From an uncultured Candidatus Saccharibacteria bacterium (GTDB lineage: Bacteria > Patescibacteriota > Saccharimonadia > Saccharimonadales > 2-12-FULL-41-12), in NCBI GenBank assembly GCA_964615775.1, contig CAZTQB010000004.1:4624-68623 (forward strand): a DNA stretch of 64,000 nt. Reading direction: 5' to 3'. The number at the start of each line of letters is the position of its first letter. The stretch's first letter is position 1. The translations under genes and the position numbers were made by a program. Shown here piece after piece: positions 54,272-63,078 of this stretch. The notes beneath the pieces were generated by a model. It searched no databases, had not been told where the DNA came from, and worked only from the letters and a program-made list of their open reading frames with translations.

Positions 54272-57200
54272 TTACTAAGAATAGTAAGCTGCTCCTTGCT
54301 TTATTTTTCTTTACTTCACTTGGGTGTATATTTTTTACAAATGGTGTTACGGAAGCGGCCGTACCAATTTCTTCACCTATATCTAATTTGGGGCCAAATA
54401 GAGCGAGTGGTATACTAAATGGCTCTACTCAGGTAACACCCTATTATACTATTGGTAAAGGAGGGTATGATGTCGCTAAGAGTTTTGTTAGTGTTACTGC
54501 TCCTCAAGGTTCTGGCTCCTTTACTATAACTATTGAAAATGCAGGCTATAATTGTAGCCTATATAGCAACAATGGGGTACAAGGCCCTGATTTTGGTCCA
54601 GCAGTAACCGACTATACTTTTTATGGTATCGGTGGTGGAACTGTAGTAACTAGAAGTCCACAAACCTCTTCTGAGGGTTGTGGCGATATATCTTTTACGG
54701 CTTACACAGACTGCTCAACAGTGTATTATGGTAATCGATGTCTTTATTACTTAAATTCAGTTTTAAAAACCAGTAGTCAAGACAGGGAGAATGCATTTAA
54801 AGTAATTGCAAATCGTACAGATGTACTTATTGGTGCGAGTGGAAGCGAAGGCGACTATACGGGTTATGGCTATAGGGTAGGAGACTTAGCGAATACAAAT
54901 CATTGGGGTTTTAATATTCAGTTTGGAGTTGAAGATCCAAGATGCAGTAATGTCGCTACCATGTCAGTAAAAAATGCTGCAGTAAATTGGCAAGATGCAG
55001 ACTCAGGTCCTGATCATTTTGATTGGAATACTGATATGGAATTTACGCTATGGTCTCAACCTATACAAAGTAATCCTGTAAATATATCTGCATGGAATAG
55101 GGTTGAAACGAAGAGACAGAGAGGAGGAGGTATTGGTGATGATGGCTCTTTCAATAAAATTGATTTTAATGCGAATAGTAGGTACATGGTTACTTTTGAG
55201 AATCTTGGCGTACGTAATACTTTAAGAGTTAATTTGCCATTAGGACTTTCACAGCTTGGAGCTAGAAGATCGAGCGTTGTTGATTGCCCGCCCCCTAAAC
55301 CTCCAACTACTGGTTGCGGAGTTATTAATTTTGCTAATGGCGGGGAGGTAAAACCGGGTCAGGCTCTTAGCTTTAACGTAAGTGCAGTAAATGACACAAA
55401 AACCAACTGGAACAATGGTGTTCGTGTACCGGGTAGTCCTTACCCAAGTCAAGTAGTTTATATGCAATTTAATGATGATCTTGCTCAAGGTAGGAAAGTC
55501 TACCGAGATGGGACGGGAAATGACATAGGTTCGGTTATCAATGGATCAGTTAATAATAATGCAAGTTTTTCTGCTAATGCACCTAGCACTAGAGGTCCAA
55601 AAGATTATTCTTTTTCTTTGTATCAGTACATTTCTCCTTCCAATAGTAGGCTTATGACATCATGTACGATAACCGTAAATGTCAAAGATAGCTACAGAGC
55701 AAGTTTAAGTGTAAGCTGCAATGGTATTGTAGGTAATTTAGTTTGGGCAAGTACCGGACAACCTGCAATCGGAATGATAGTCGCAGATGGACAATACTCA
55801 AGACCAATAAATGGGCAAGATATGGGTGGTGGAGTATTTTCGGGCTGGCCTGGTAGTCCAAATGGGAGGATAATGCCCTATGGCACTCATAATTTTGTTA
55901 TACTTGGCGAAAATGGAGAGTATGTCTCAGACGGTATATCAGACTCCTCTATAGATGGTTGTTTTTCGGCAACCTGTAGCATTAGTCCGGGGAGTCTACT
56001 TAAAGGTCAGCCTACAAATGTAAATCTAAAGTATGGAACTAGTAATCGTACAGATACCGCGTATACCTTCACGGGTACAGGTAGAGGAATAGGCGGCCTC
56101 AGTGGATATGGCGAAACATCGGGCGGGATGAATCCGGGAGATCAAAATTTTGATGTAAATATCTCAGTAATGCCGAGCTACTCGGGATATATACTATTGG
56201 GAGCGTCTATTGATGGTCAGCAGGTTCCGTTGGAATATCTACCAACATGTTTGGGAGCTGTTCGCGAAACTCCACCGCCTGATTGTATTCCAAGTACTGG
56301 TAATCCGGCCTGCTCTGCATCAATTGAAGTCAGTATATATCCAGCTGTCAAAACCTTCTCTGGCGACACAGTTGCGGGTATGGGCTTTGCCAAATCTGAT
56401 GGTACATGTGCTGCTGCTGGCAGCTCGAGTATAAAGGCATATATAGCTAGTTCTACAGCCGGCTCAGGTTCGCAACTTGGTGCCTTTGCCCCAGGTGGTA
56501 TAAGTGGCTTTCTGAGTTCGGTCAAACAGTCAAATGCGGCACCTAAGCCCAATGGTCTAACTTTTGGCGGTACTCCAGTTTCTGGTGGCTTAGCCCTGAA
56601 TCAAACAATGGGTGGTGGATATAACGTAACCGGCTGCATGGAAAACTATTTCCAAACTAAGCAGTTTAACGTAGACACCAACAAAACTTCAGTTATCGGC
56701 AATGATTTCAATATTAACCGTGCTGAAGCTGGTAAACAATACATTAAGAATGGTGATCTAACTATTAATGGTGGTGATTTGAGTGGTAAAAATGTGAGTG
56801 TATTTGTAGATGGTGATGTATTCTTGAGTGGTAATATTACAATACCTTCTTCTGGGTTTAATCCTGCAAATCCACCCGTATTCAGACTATACGTAAAAGG
56901 TAATATATATGTGAGCAAAGATGTAACTGAACTTAATGGTGTATTTGTAGCACAGCCTAAAGATGATGGCAATAAGGGTGAGATATATACATGTGCGTCA
57001 GGCCTAGGAACCTCAGTGAGCTATGGGCCAGACTGGAGTACGTATGTGAGTCAATGCCAAAACCAATTAAAAGTTTATGGTAGCTTTACTGCTAAAAAAG
57101 TTATTTTGAATCGCATTAAAAGCAATGGAACAGTAGATGGAGTCGTCAATCTGCCTAGTGTTCCTATATCTGAAAACTACAATTCAACTGAAGCTTCTGA

Positions 57201-57318
57201 AGTATTCATATGGGTACCATATCTATACTTGCCTAGTGCCAACACATCTGAACACCCAACAACCGGTCCAAGCTCTGATGACTATAAATTTATTGGTACA
57301 TTACCGCCAATATTGTAA
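54268..57318 (+). CDS. Large (1016 aa) Cys-rich secreted protein: Ig/CARDB-like segments plus a C-terminal beta-helix-like repeat region
   Basis: Signal peptide KLLLALFFFTSLGCIFFTNGVTEA and more than 20 Cys. GEVKPGQALSFNVSAVNDTKTNW is CARDB-like. C-terminal region: GDLTINGGDLSGKNVSVFVDGDVFLSGNITIP...LYVKGNIYVSKDVTELNGVFVA. Confidence 0.65.
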   Translation: MITKNSKLLLALFFFTSLGCIFFTNGVTEAAVPISSPISNLGPNRASGILNGSTQVTPYYTIGKGGYDVAKSFVSVTAPQGSGSFTITIENAGYNCSLYSNNGVQGPDFGPAVTDYTFYGIGGGTVVTRSPQTSSEGCGDISFTAYTDCSTVYYGNRCLYYLNSVLKTSSQDRENAFKVIANRTDVLIGASGSEGDYTGYGYRVGDLANTNHWGFNIQFGVEDPRCSNVATMSVKNAAVNWQDADSGPDHFDWNTDMEFTLWSQPIQSNPVNISAWNRVETKRQRGGGIGDDGSFNKIDFNANSRYMVTFENLGVRNTLRVNLPLGLSQLGARRSSVVDCPPPKPPTTGCGVINFANGGEVKPGQALSFNVSAVNDTKTNWNNGVRVPGSPYPSQVVYMQFNDDLAQGRKVYRDGTGNDIGSVINGSVNNNASFSANAPSTRGPKDYSFSLYQYISPSNSRLMTSCTITVNVKDSYRASLSVSCNGIVGNLVWASTGQPAIGMIVADGQYSRPINGQDMGGGVFSGWPGSPNGRIMPYGTHNFVILGENGEYVSDGISDSSIDGCFSATCSISPGSLLKGQPTNVNLKYGTSNRTDTAYTFTGTGRGIGGLSGYGETSGGMNPGDQNFDVNISVMPSYSGYILLGASIDGQQVPLEYLPTCLGAVRETPPPDCIPSTGNPACSASIEVSIYPAVKTFSGDTVAGMGFAKSDGTCAAAGSSSIKAYIASSTAGSGSQLGAFAPGGISGFLSSVKQSNAAPKPNGLTFGGTPVSGGLALNQTMGGGYNVTGCMENYFQTKQFNVDTNKTSVIGNDFNINRAEAGKQYIKNGDLTINGGDLSGKNVSVFVDGDVFLSGNITIPSSGFNPANPPVFRLYVKGNIYVSKDVTELNGVFVAQPKDDGNKGEIYTCASGLGTSVSYGPDWSTYVSQCQNQLKVYGSFTAKKVILNRIKSNGTVDGVVNLPSVPISENYNSTEASEVFIWVPYLYLPSANTSEHPTTGPSSDDYKFIGTLPPIL

Positions 57319-57342
57319 GGTGTTGGTTAATAAAAATGCTTA

Positions 57343-57351
57343 TGCTATACT
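57343..57351 (+). promoter_or_regulatory. Extended -10 box TGCTATACT upstream of pilM
   Basis: TATACT at 57346-57351, about 83 nt upstream of the pilM ATG. Confidence 0.4.
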
Positions 57352-57433
57352 GGGATTAAGTAAAATTATTAATGAGTGGGTTAATAGCAAGATGACTAAA
57401 ACCGTAAATAAAAAGAAAGATTACATTAAATAA

Positions 57434-58477
57434 ATGGGTTTTTTGAGTGGAATTACTGACTTTTTTGGGCTAGATATTGGCTCTGACACTTTGAGAGTGG
57501 TTGAGTTAACTAGTAACAAGACTGGACCTCGCCAGCTTATGAGATACGCAATTGCCCCAATAGATAGTAAGCTAGTTCAGAGTGACTCGGCGATAGATAG
57601 ACAAAAAGTAGCTGAAACTATCAGAAATGTGATCAATCAAGCTCAGATTACGACAAAAAATGTAACAGTTGGTATTCCGTCATCTAGAGTGTTTACGGTA
57701 GTGGTAGATATTGAGAGGCTAGCTCAAAATGAGCTAGCCAAAACAATTCAGTATCAAGCAGATTCGATTATTCCGACTCCAGTTAATGAATCAAAAATTG
57801 ACTGGGAAGTTATAGGTGATTCACCAAAAGACCCAAACAAAGTCGAAGTACTGCTATCTAGCGTACCAAACGAATTCGTGGAGTCTAGGCTAGATTTACT
57901 AGAATCGATTGGGCTAAACGTAGTGGCTTTTGAGCCAGATAACCTGGCACTAGTGAGAGCGATAATCCCGCCAGAGTCAATGGAGCCACAGATGGTGATA
58001 GATATCGGTGGCAAGACGACTGACATTGTGATTGTAATGAACGGTGCACCACGTTTGATAAGAGCAGTGCCAACTGGCTCGGAATCTATTATCCGTTCGG
58101 CAATACAGAATTTAAATATTGATGAAAAACAAGCTCAAGAATTTGTTTTTAAATTCGGCTTGAGCCAACAAAAATTGGAGGGACAAGTTTATAGTGCGAT
58201 TATTTCTACGGTTGACACATTGATGGGCGAAATAGATAAGTCTATAAAATTCTTCCAAGCTAGATATAAAGGTGTGCCGATAACTAAGATTATCATGACT
58301 GGTGGAGCATCGTCTTTGCCGGAGTTTCCGCTGTATATAGCTAACAAATTTGGTATAAATGTAGAGATCGGCAACGCTTGGCGAAACGTTCAAGCACCTA
58401 TGGAGAGGCAGAATGAGCTTATGGCATTGTCCAATCACTTTGCAGTAGCTGTTGGGCTAGCTGGGAGGGACGAATAA
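57434..58477 (+). CDS. pilM: Type IV pilus assembly protein PilM (actin-like ATPase fold)
   Basis: FFGLDIGSDTLRVVEL, VIDIGGKTTDIVI and IIMTGGASSLPEF motifs. Confidence 0.9.
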   Translation: MGFLSGITDFFGLDIGSDTLRVVELTSNKTGPRQLMRYAIAPIDSKLVQSDSAIDRQKVAETIRNVINQAQITTKNVTVGIPSSRVFTVVVDIERLAQNELAKTIQYQADSIIPTPVNESKIDWEVIGDSPKDPNKVEVLLSSVPNEFVESRLDLLESIGLNVVAFEPDNLALVRAIIPPESMEPQMVIDIGGKTTDIVIVMNGAPRLIRAVPTGSESIIRSAIQNLNIDEKQAQEFVFKFGLSQQKLEGQVYSAIISTVDTLMGEIDKSIKFFQARYKGVPITKIIMTGGASSLPEFPLYIANKFGINVEIGNAWRNVQAPMERQNELMALSNHFAVAVGLAGRDE

Positions 58478-59259
58478 TGTCACGTATGAGCCGTGTTCAG
58501 TTTAATCTACTACCTGATGTAAAGCTTGAATACATTAAGGCAACGTATCGTCGTAGGATTATTTCGATTGTTTGTTTTTTGGTTGGTGGGGTGTTTTTGG
58601 TATTATTCATCTTTATGTTTTTGCTTGTTCGCGTTAACCAGCCAAAGCATCTATCTAACCTCAATGAAGATATAAAAAGTAATGTTGCCGAACTTCAGAG
58701 CAATAAAGATTTAGACAAAATATTGACTATCCAAAATCAACTCAATAGTTTGCCAGATTTACATAATAAAAAGGTTATGGCATCTAGGTTATTTGATTAT
58801 CTAACTCAGGTTACTCCAGCTAACGCTAGTATCAGTAACGTGGAAGTAGATTATGAAGCAAAAACTATCAAAATAAAGGGAGATGCAGACTCTATCACTA
58901 CCGTAAATAAATTTGCAGATACTCTAAAGTTTACTGATTACGAAAAAACTTCTAATGGTAGTGATGCTAAAAAAGACAAGGCCTTTAGCTCGGTTGTTTT
59001 AGACAATTTCTCTATAAATTCTCAGCAAGGTAGTACAGCGAACAATGCCAACAAGAGTGTATCTTATGCTATGAACTTTGCTTATAATGAAGCAATTTTC
59101 GCTGATTATGCTAAAGATTCGAACCCGCTTAATAATGATGTAAAACTAGTAGTTCCTAAAGTAATTACTACCAGATCAGAAACCGAGAAGCCAGAGAGCT
59201 TATTTGATAAAAAAATTGAACCTACACCAACGCCAAATCAGAATGGGGGACAAAACTAG
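58477..59259 (+). CDS. pilN: PilN-like pilus assembly protein
   Basis: QFNLLPD motif followed by a single TM. TAATG overlap with pilM. Confidence 0.75.
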   Translation: MSRMSRVQFNLLPDVKLEYIKATYRRRIISIVCFLVGGVFLVLFIFMFLLVRVNQPKHLSNLNEDIKSNVAELQSNKDLDKILTIQNQLNSLPDLHNKKVMASRLFDYLTQVTPANASISNVEVDYEAKTIKIKGDADSITTVNKFADTLKFTDYEKTSNGSDAKKDKAFSSVVLDNFSINSQQGSTANNANKSVSYAMNFAYNEAIFADYAKDSNPLNNDVKLVVPKVITTRSETEKPESLFDKKIEPTPTPNQNGGQN

Positions 59260-59936
59260 TGATGCACAAACCAAATCTTTCGATCAAGCACCTAGCTATT
59301 GATAAAGCAAATGCGACTTTGGTGATTATTGTTGCGATTACGTCTTTTGTAGTTATTTTCTCGTTGGTTGCTTGCAAATCTTTGTTTAACCAAATGCAAT
59401 ATCAATCTAAGGTTATAAAAAAGCAAGAAGTAACGCTACGTCGTGTTGAGAGAAATAAACAAGAAGTAGATAAACTAAAGACTTCGTATGCTGAATTTGA
59501 TGGCTCAACTCAGAATATTTTAGGCGGCAATCCTAAAGGAAATGGTGAAAAAGACGGCCAAAATGCCAAGATTATATTAGATGCCTTACCAAGTAAGTAT
59601 GATTTTCCGGCATTGGCTACCAGTATCGACAAGCTGGTTACGGGCAACGGCTTTAAGTTAAAGGAGTTTACGGGTACAGACGATGAGGTTGCCCAGTCGA
59701 TTAATGAAGGTTCGGCGAGTCCACAGGCTGTTAGTGTTCCATTCAACCTAGAGTCCGAAGTATCAAATGCTGATGCCAAAAAGCTTATGGAAGGTTTTGA
59801 AAAATCTATTCGACCTTTCCAGATACAAAAAATGACTATTACAGGACAGGGTAATACATTAAAAATCTCTCTATTCGGCAATACTTATTTCCAGCCTGAA
59901 AAGAAAATGAATGTTACACAGGAGACGGTAAAATGA
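59259..59936 (+). CDS. pilO: PilO-like pilus assembly protein
   Basis: N-terminal TM, then a coiled coil, then an alpha/beta domain, in the PilO position of the cluster. Start is GTG 59259 or ATG 59262. Confidence 0.6.
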   Translation: MMHKPNLSIKHLAIDKANATLVIIVAITSFVVIFSLVACKSLFNQMQYQSKVIKKQEVTLRRVERNKQEVDKLKTSYAEFDGSTQNILGGNPKGNGEKDGQNAKIILDALPSKYDFPALATSIDKLVTGNGFKLKEFTGTDDEVAQSINEGSASPQAVSVPFNLESEVSNADAKKLMEGFEKSIRPFQIQKMTITGQGNTLKISLFGNTYFQPEKKMNVTQETVK

Positions 59937-60169
59937 AAAAAAATGACTTAGTCGTGATACTAATTGTGGCAATATTTGCAGGGATTTTCTCTATGGTTGC
60001 ATCGAACTTGATTTTTACACCCAAGTCTACAAAGACCTTAAAGGCATATAAGATAGACGAGATTAGCTCTGAATTTAAACAACCCGACAAAAGATACTTT
60101 AATAGCGAGAGTGTTAACCCAACCAAAAATATACAGATTGGTGACGGAAATAACAACAAACCATTTTAA
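59933..60169 (+). CDS. Small single-TM protein encoded within the pilus cluster
   Basis: 78 aa, TM LVVILIVAIFAGIFSMVASNLIF. ATGA overlap with the pilO stop. Confidence 0.5.
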   Translation: MKKNDLVVILIVAIFAGIFSMVASNLIFTPKSTKTLKAYKIDEISSEFKQPDKRYFNSESVNPTKNIQIGDGNNNKPF

Positions 60170-60184
60170 GGTAGGGCTTAGTTT

Positions 60185-61990
60185 ATGAGCATTCTATCAG
60201 AGGCCAATCAGCAGCAAATTGAAGATATTTTGGTGGCCGAAAACCAAATCACAAGAGAGCAGTTGGCGGAAGTAAAAGAGCTAGCTGTCAAAAATTCCAA
60301 GCCGATTATGGAGGCACTTATTAATGATGGTCACGTGTCTAGTGAATTTTTAACCAAAGCTATTGCCAAGGTTAATCTTGTGCCATATGTTAACTTACTT
60401 GATGCTCATATCGAAAAAGATGTTTTACGTCTACTCTCTAAAGAGATAGCTGAACGTTATATGGCAGTGCCGTTAGGACAGATCGACAACAAGCTAGTAG
60501 TTGCTATGCTTGATGCAGATAATGTACAGGCGGTTGATTTCTTGTCTAATAGGATTGGTCGTCAGCTTAAGGTTTATACTGCTAGCGAAGAGGGAATCCG
60601 TAAAGTAATATCTCAGTACGATGAAGATGTGGAGGCAGATGTAGCCAAAGCGATTGGTGTAAATATCAAAAAAACCGGAGAGCAAGGTACTGAGGATTTG
60701 CAGAACGCGGCTCAACATGCTGAAAATACCATAAAGACCATCGTCCAGGATTCGCCAATCAGCAAAGCTCTATCTTCTATATTAGAGTATGCTGCTAAAA
60801 GTAGAGCTAGTGATATACACATTGAGCCGCTAGAGCATGAGCTAAAAATTCGCTGTCGAATTGACGGTGTGCTAAGAGAGATCATGAAATTACCTAAAGA
60901 GACTGAACCGCCGTTAATATCGCGTATCAAGATTCTTAGTAACCTAAAGATTGATGAGCATCGTATACCCCAAGATGGGCAATTTACAGTTATGGTGGTA
61001 GATAAACCAATCGACCTACGTATTGCGATTAGTCCTGTAGTGTGGGGTGAGCAAGTGGTGATTAGATTGCTCGACAAATCTGGTACTTCTCTTAAGCTAG
61101 AGGCGATGGGATATAAAGGACGAGCTTTGAAGGCAATTCGCAAAGGGCTAGAGTATTCTAATGGCATGATCTTAACCTCTGGTCCAACTGGCTCTGGTAA
61201 GTCTACTTCTCTATATGCACTGCTGCAAGAGATAAAAAATGACACCATAAACATTGTTACCTTAGAGGATCCAGTTGAGTACAAGATGGACGGTATCAAT
61301 CAGATCCAAGTTAATGCTGAGGTAGGTTTAACTTTTGCATCTGGTTTGCGGTCAATTTTGCGTCAGGACCCTGATGTGGTGATGGTTGGTGAGATTCGAG
61401 ATAAAGAAACAGCCAACTTGGCAGTTCAGGCTGCTCTAACTGGCCACTTAGTTTTTAGTACACTTCACACTAACTCAGCATCTGGTATTTTGCCTAGACT
61501 TCTAGACATGGGTATTGAGCCATTTTTGATTGCTTCTACTGTGAGAACAGTTATTGGTCAGCGTTTGGTGCGTCGAATCGCCGATAAAAATAAAGCAAAC
61601 TACAAAGCTTCGATCACTGAGGCAGAGGCAATTCATCAAAATATTGGACATCTTTTACCGCCAACAGAAGAAGCAAAAGCTAAAGTCAGTGAAGATTTAG
61701 GCTACGAAAACTTGCCACTTAGTACTGAAAACGCTTATACTTTATACAAGGGTAAAGATAGCCCTGAAACTCCATCTGGCTATAAGGGTCGAATGGGACT
61801 TTATGAAGTATTTGAGGTTGATGAGTCAATCCAAAAACTGATTCTAGAGCGTGCAACTAGTAGTGAAATCCAAAAAGTTGCAAGAGAAAACGGCATGATT
61901 GACATGCGTGAAGACGGATATCTCAAAGCTCTAGCAGGACTAACTACCATAAGTGAAGTTAACCGCGTAGCGGCTGCAGATAGTGCCTAA
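60185..61990 (+). CDS. pilB: Type IV pilus assembly (extension) ATPase PilB/GspE family
   Basis: N-terminal T2SSE_N-like domain, Walker A GPTGSGKST, Asp box, Walker B VMVGEIRD and His box TGHLVFSTLHTN. No tetracysteine motif. Confidence 0.93.
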   Translation: MSILSEANQQQIEDILVAENQITREQLAEVKELAVKNSKPIMEALINDGHVSSEFLTKAIAKVNLVPYVNLLDAHIEKDVLRLLSKEIAERYMAVPLGQIDNKLVVAMLDADNVQAVDFLSNRIGRQLKVYTASEEGIRKVISQYDEDVEADVAKAIGVNIKKTGEQGTEDLQNAAQHAENTIKTIVQDSPISKALSSILEYAAKSRASDIHIEPLEHELKIRCRIDGVLREIMKLPKETEPPLISRIKILSNLKIDEHRIPQDGQFTVMVVDKPIDLRIAISPVVWGEQVVIRLLDKSGTSLKLEAMGYKGRALKAIRKGLEYSNGMILTSGPTGSGKSTSLYALLQEIKNDTINIVTLEDPVEYKMDGINQIQVNAEVGLTFASGLRSILRQDPDVVMVGEIRDKETANLAVQAALTGHLVFSTLHTNSASGILPRLLDMGIEPFLIASTVRTVIGQRLVRRIADKNKANYKASITEAEAIHQNIGHLLPPTEEAKAKVSEDLGYENLPLSTENAYTLYKGKDSPETPSGYKGRMGLYEVFEVDESIQKLILERATSSEIQKVARENGMIDMREDGYLKALAGLTTISEVNRVAAADSA

Positions 61991-62003
61991 GGAGGGTGAA
62001 TAG

Positions 62004-63074
62004 GTGGGAACACAAACATTACGCATAGAATTATTACTAGAGGAGGTGATTAAGCAAAAAGCCTCTGATCTTCACTTGCAGGTAGGCTTGGCACCAATTT
62101 TGCGTGTTGATGGGGCCTTGGCTCCAATTGCCGGTACGTCAGTATTAACCGAAGAGATGGTTGAAAATCTAGTATTTGCAATTTTAGATGATGAACAAAA
62201 ACAGATATTGCTCAAAGACAAAGAGTTTGATTTTAGCTTTGCGTTCGGAGATTTAGGGCGTTTTCGTGTAAACGCTTTTCACGAACGAGGCAATCTGGCG
62301 GCAGCTCTACGTCTTATTCCTAACGAAATTTTGACAATTGAGCAGCTAGGTCTACCTAAGGTTATTGAGAAATTTTCTAATTATCCACGGGGTTTGGTGT
62401 TAGTTACTGGTCCAACTGGCTCTGGTAAGTCTACGACATTGGCGGCTTTGGTCGACAGAATTAATACCGAACGAGCAACTCATATTATCACTATCGAAGA
62501 TCCAATTGAGTTTACGCACAAGAGTAAAAAATCGGTAATTGTGCAAAGGGAAGTGCATTATGATACATACTCATTTTCTGCGGCTCTTCGCTCAAGTTTG
62601 CGTCAAGACCCTGACGTAGTTTTGCTAGGCGAGATGCGTGATCTTGAAACCATAGCAGCAGCAATCACTATTGCAGAGACCGGGCATTTAGTATTCGCTA
62701 CTCTACACACTAACTCAGCGGCTCAAAGTATTGATCGTATGATTGATGTTTTTCCGCCACATCAGCAGCCGCAGGTGAGAGCTCAGTTAAGTAATATTTT
62801 GATGGCAATTTGTTCACAAAGACTTGTGCCAACTATTGGTGGTGGACGAGTGGCTGCAGCCGAGATTTTGGTAGCTACCCCTGCTGTTCGTAACATTGTA
62901 CGAGAGGGTAAGACTCATCAACTAGATGCAGTAATCCAAACTGGTGCCGAACACGGAATGCAGAGCATGGACAAAACACTTGTATCGCTAATTCACGCCG
63001 GAACAATTTCTTATGAAGAAGCCCGCAATTTCTCAGTAGATATTGAAGAGCTAGATAGGTTAATGCGAGGGTAA
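62004..63074 (+). CDS. pilT: Twitching motility (retraction) ATPase PilT
   Basis: ASDLHL, GPTGSGKST, LLGEMRD, TGHLVFATLHTN and the AIRNLIREGK-like VRNIVREGK. GTG start with SD AAGGAGGG. Confidence 0.93.
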   Translation: MGTQTLRIELLLEEVIKQKASDLHLQVGLAPILRVDGALAPIAGTSVLTEEMVENLVFAILDDEQKQILLKDKEFDFSFAFGDLGRFRVNAFHERGNLAAALRLIPNEILTIEQLGLPKVIEKFSNYPRGLVLVTGPTGSGKSTTLAALVDRINTERATHIITIEDPIEFTHKSKKSVIVQREVHYDTYSFSAALRSSLRQDPDVVLLGEMRDLETIAAAITIAETGHLVFATLHTNSAAQSIDRMIDVFPPHQQPQVRAQLSNILMAICSQRLVPTIGGGRVAAAEILVATPAVRNIVREGKTHQLDAVIQTGAEHGMQSMDKTLVSLIHAGTISYEEARNFSVDIEELDRLMRG

Positions 63075-63078
63075 ATAA

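Noticed and set aside
57137-57433. 98-aa ORF overlapping the 3' end of the 1016-aa gene and the pilM leader
   Set aside because: Most of it overlaps the large gene in another frame. Only its last 13 codons (the uORF from ATG 57392) lie in intergenic sequence, and those are reported separately as a low-interest finding.
60494-61299. Minus-strand ORFs 60494-60718 and 60712-61299 (195 aa) antisense to pilB
   Set aside because: They lie opposite the conserved ATPase core of PilB and have no motifs or start signals. They are shadow ORFs.
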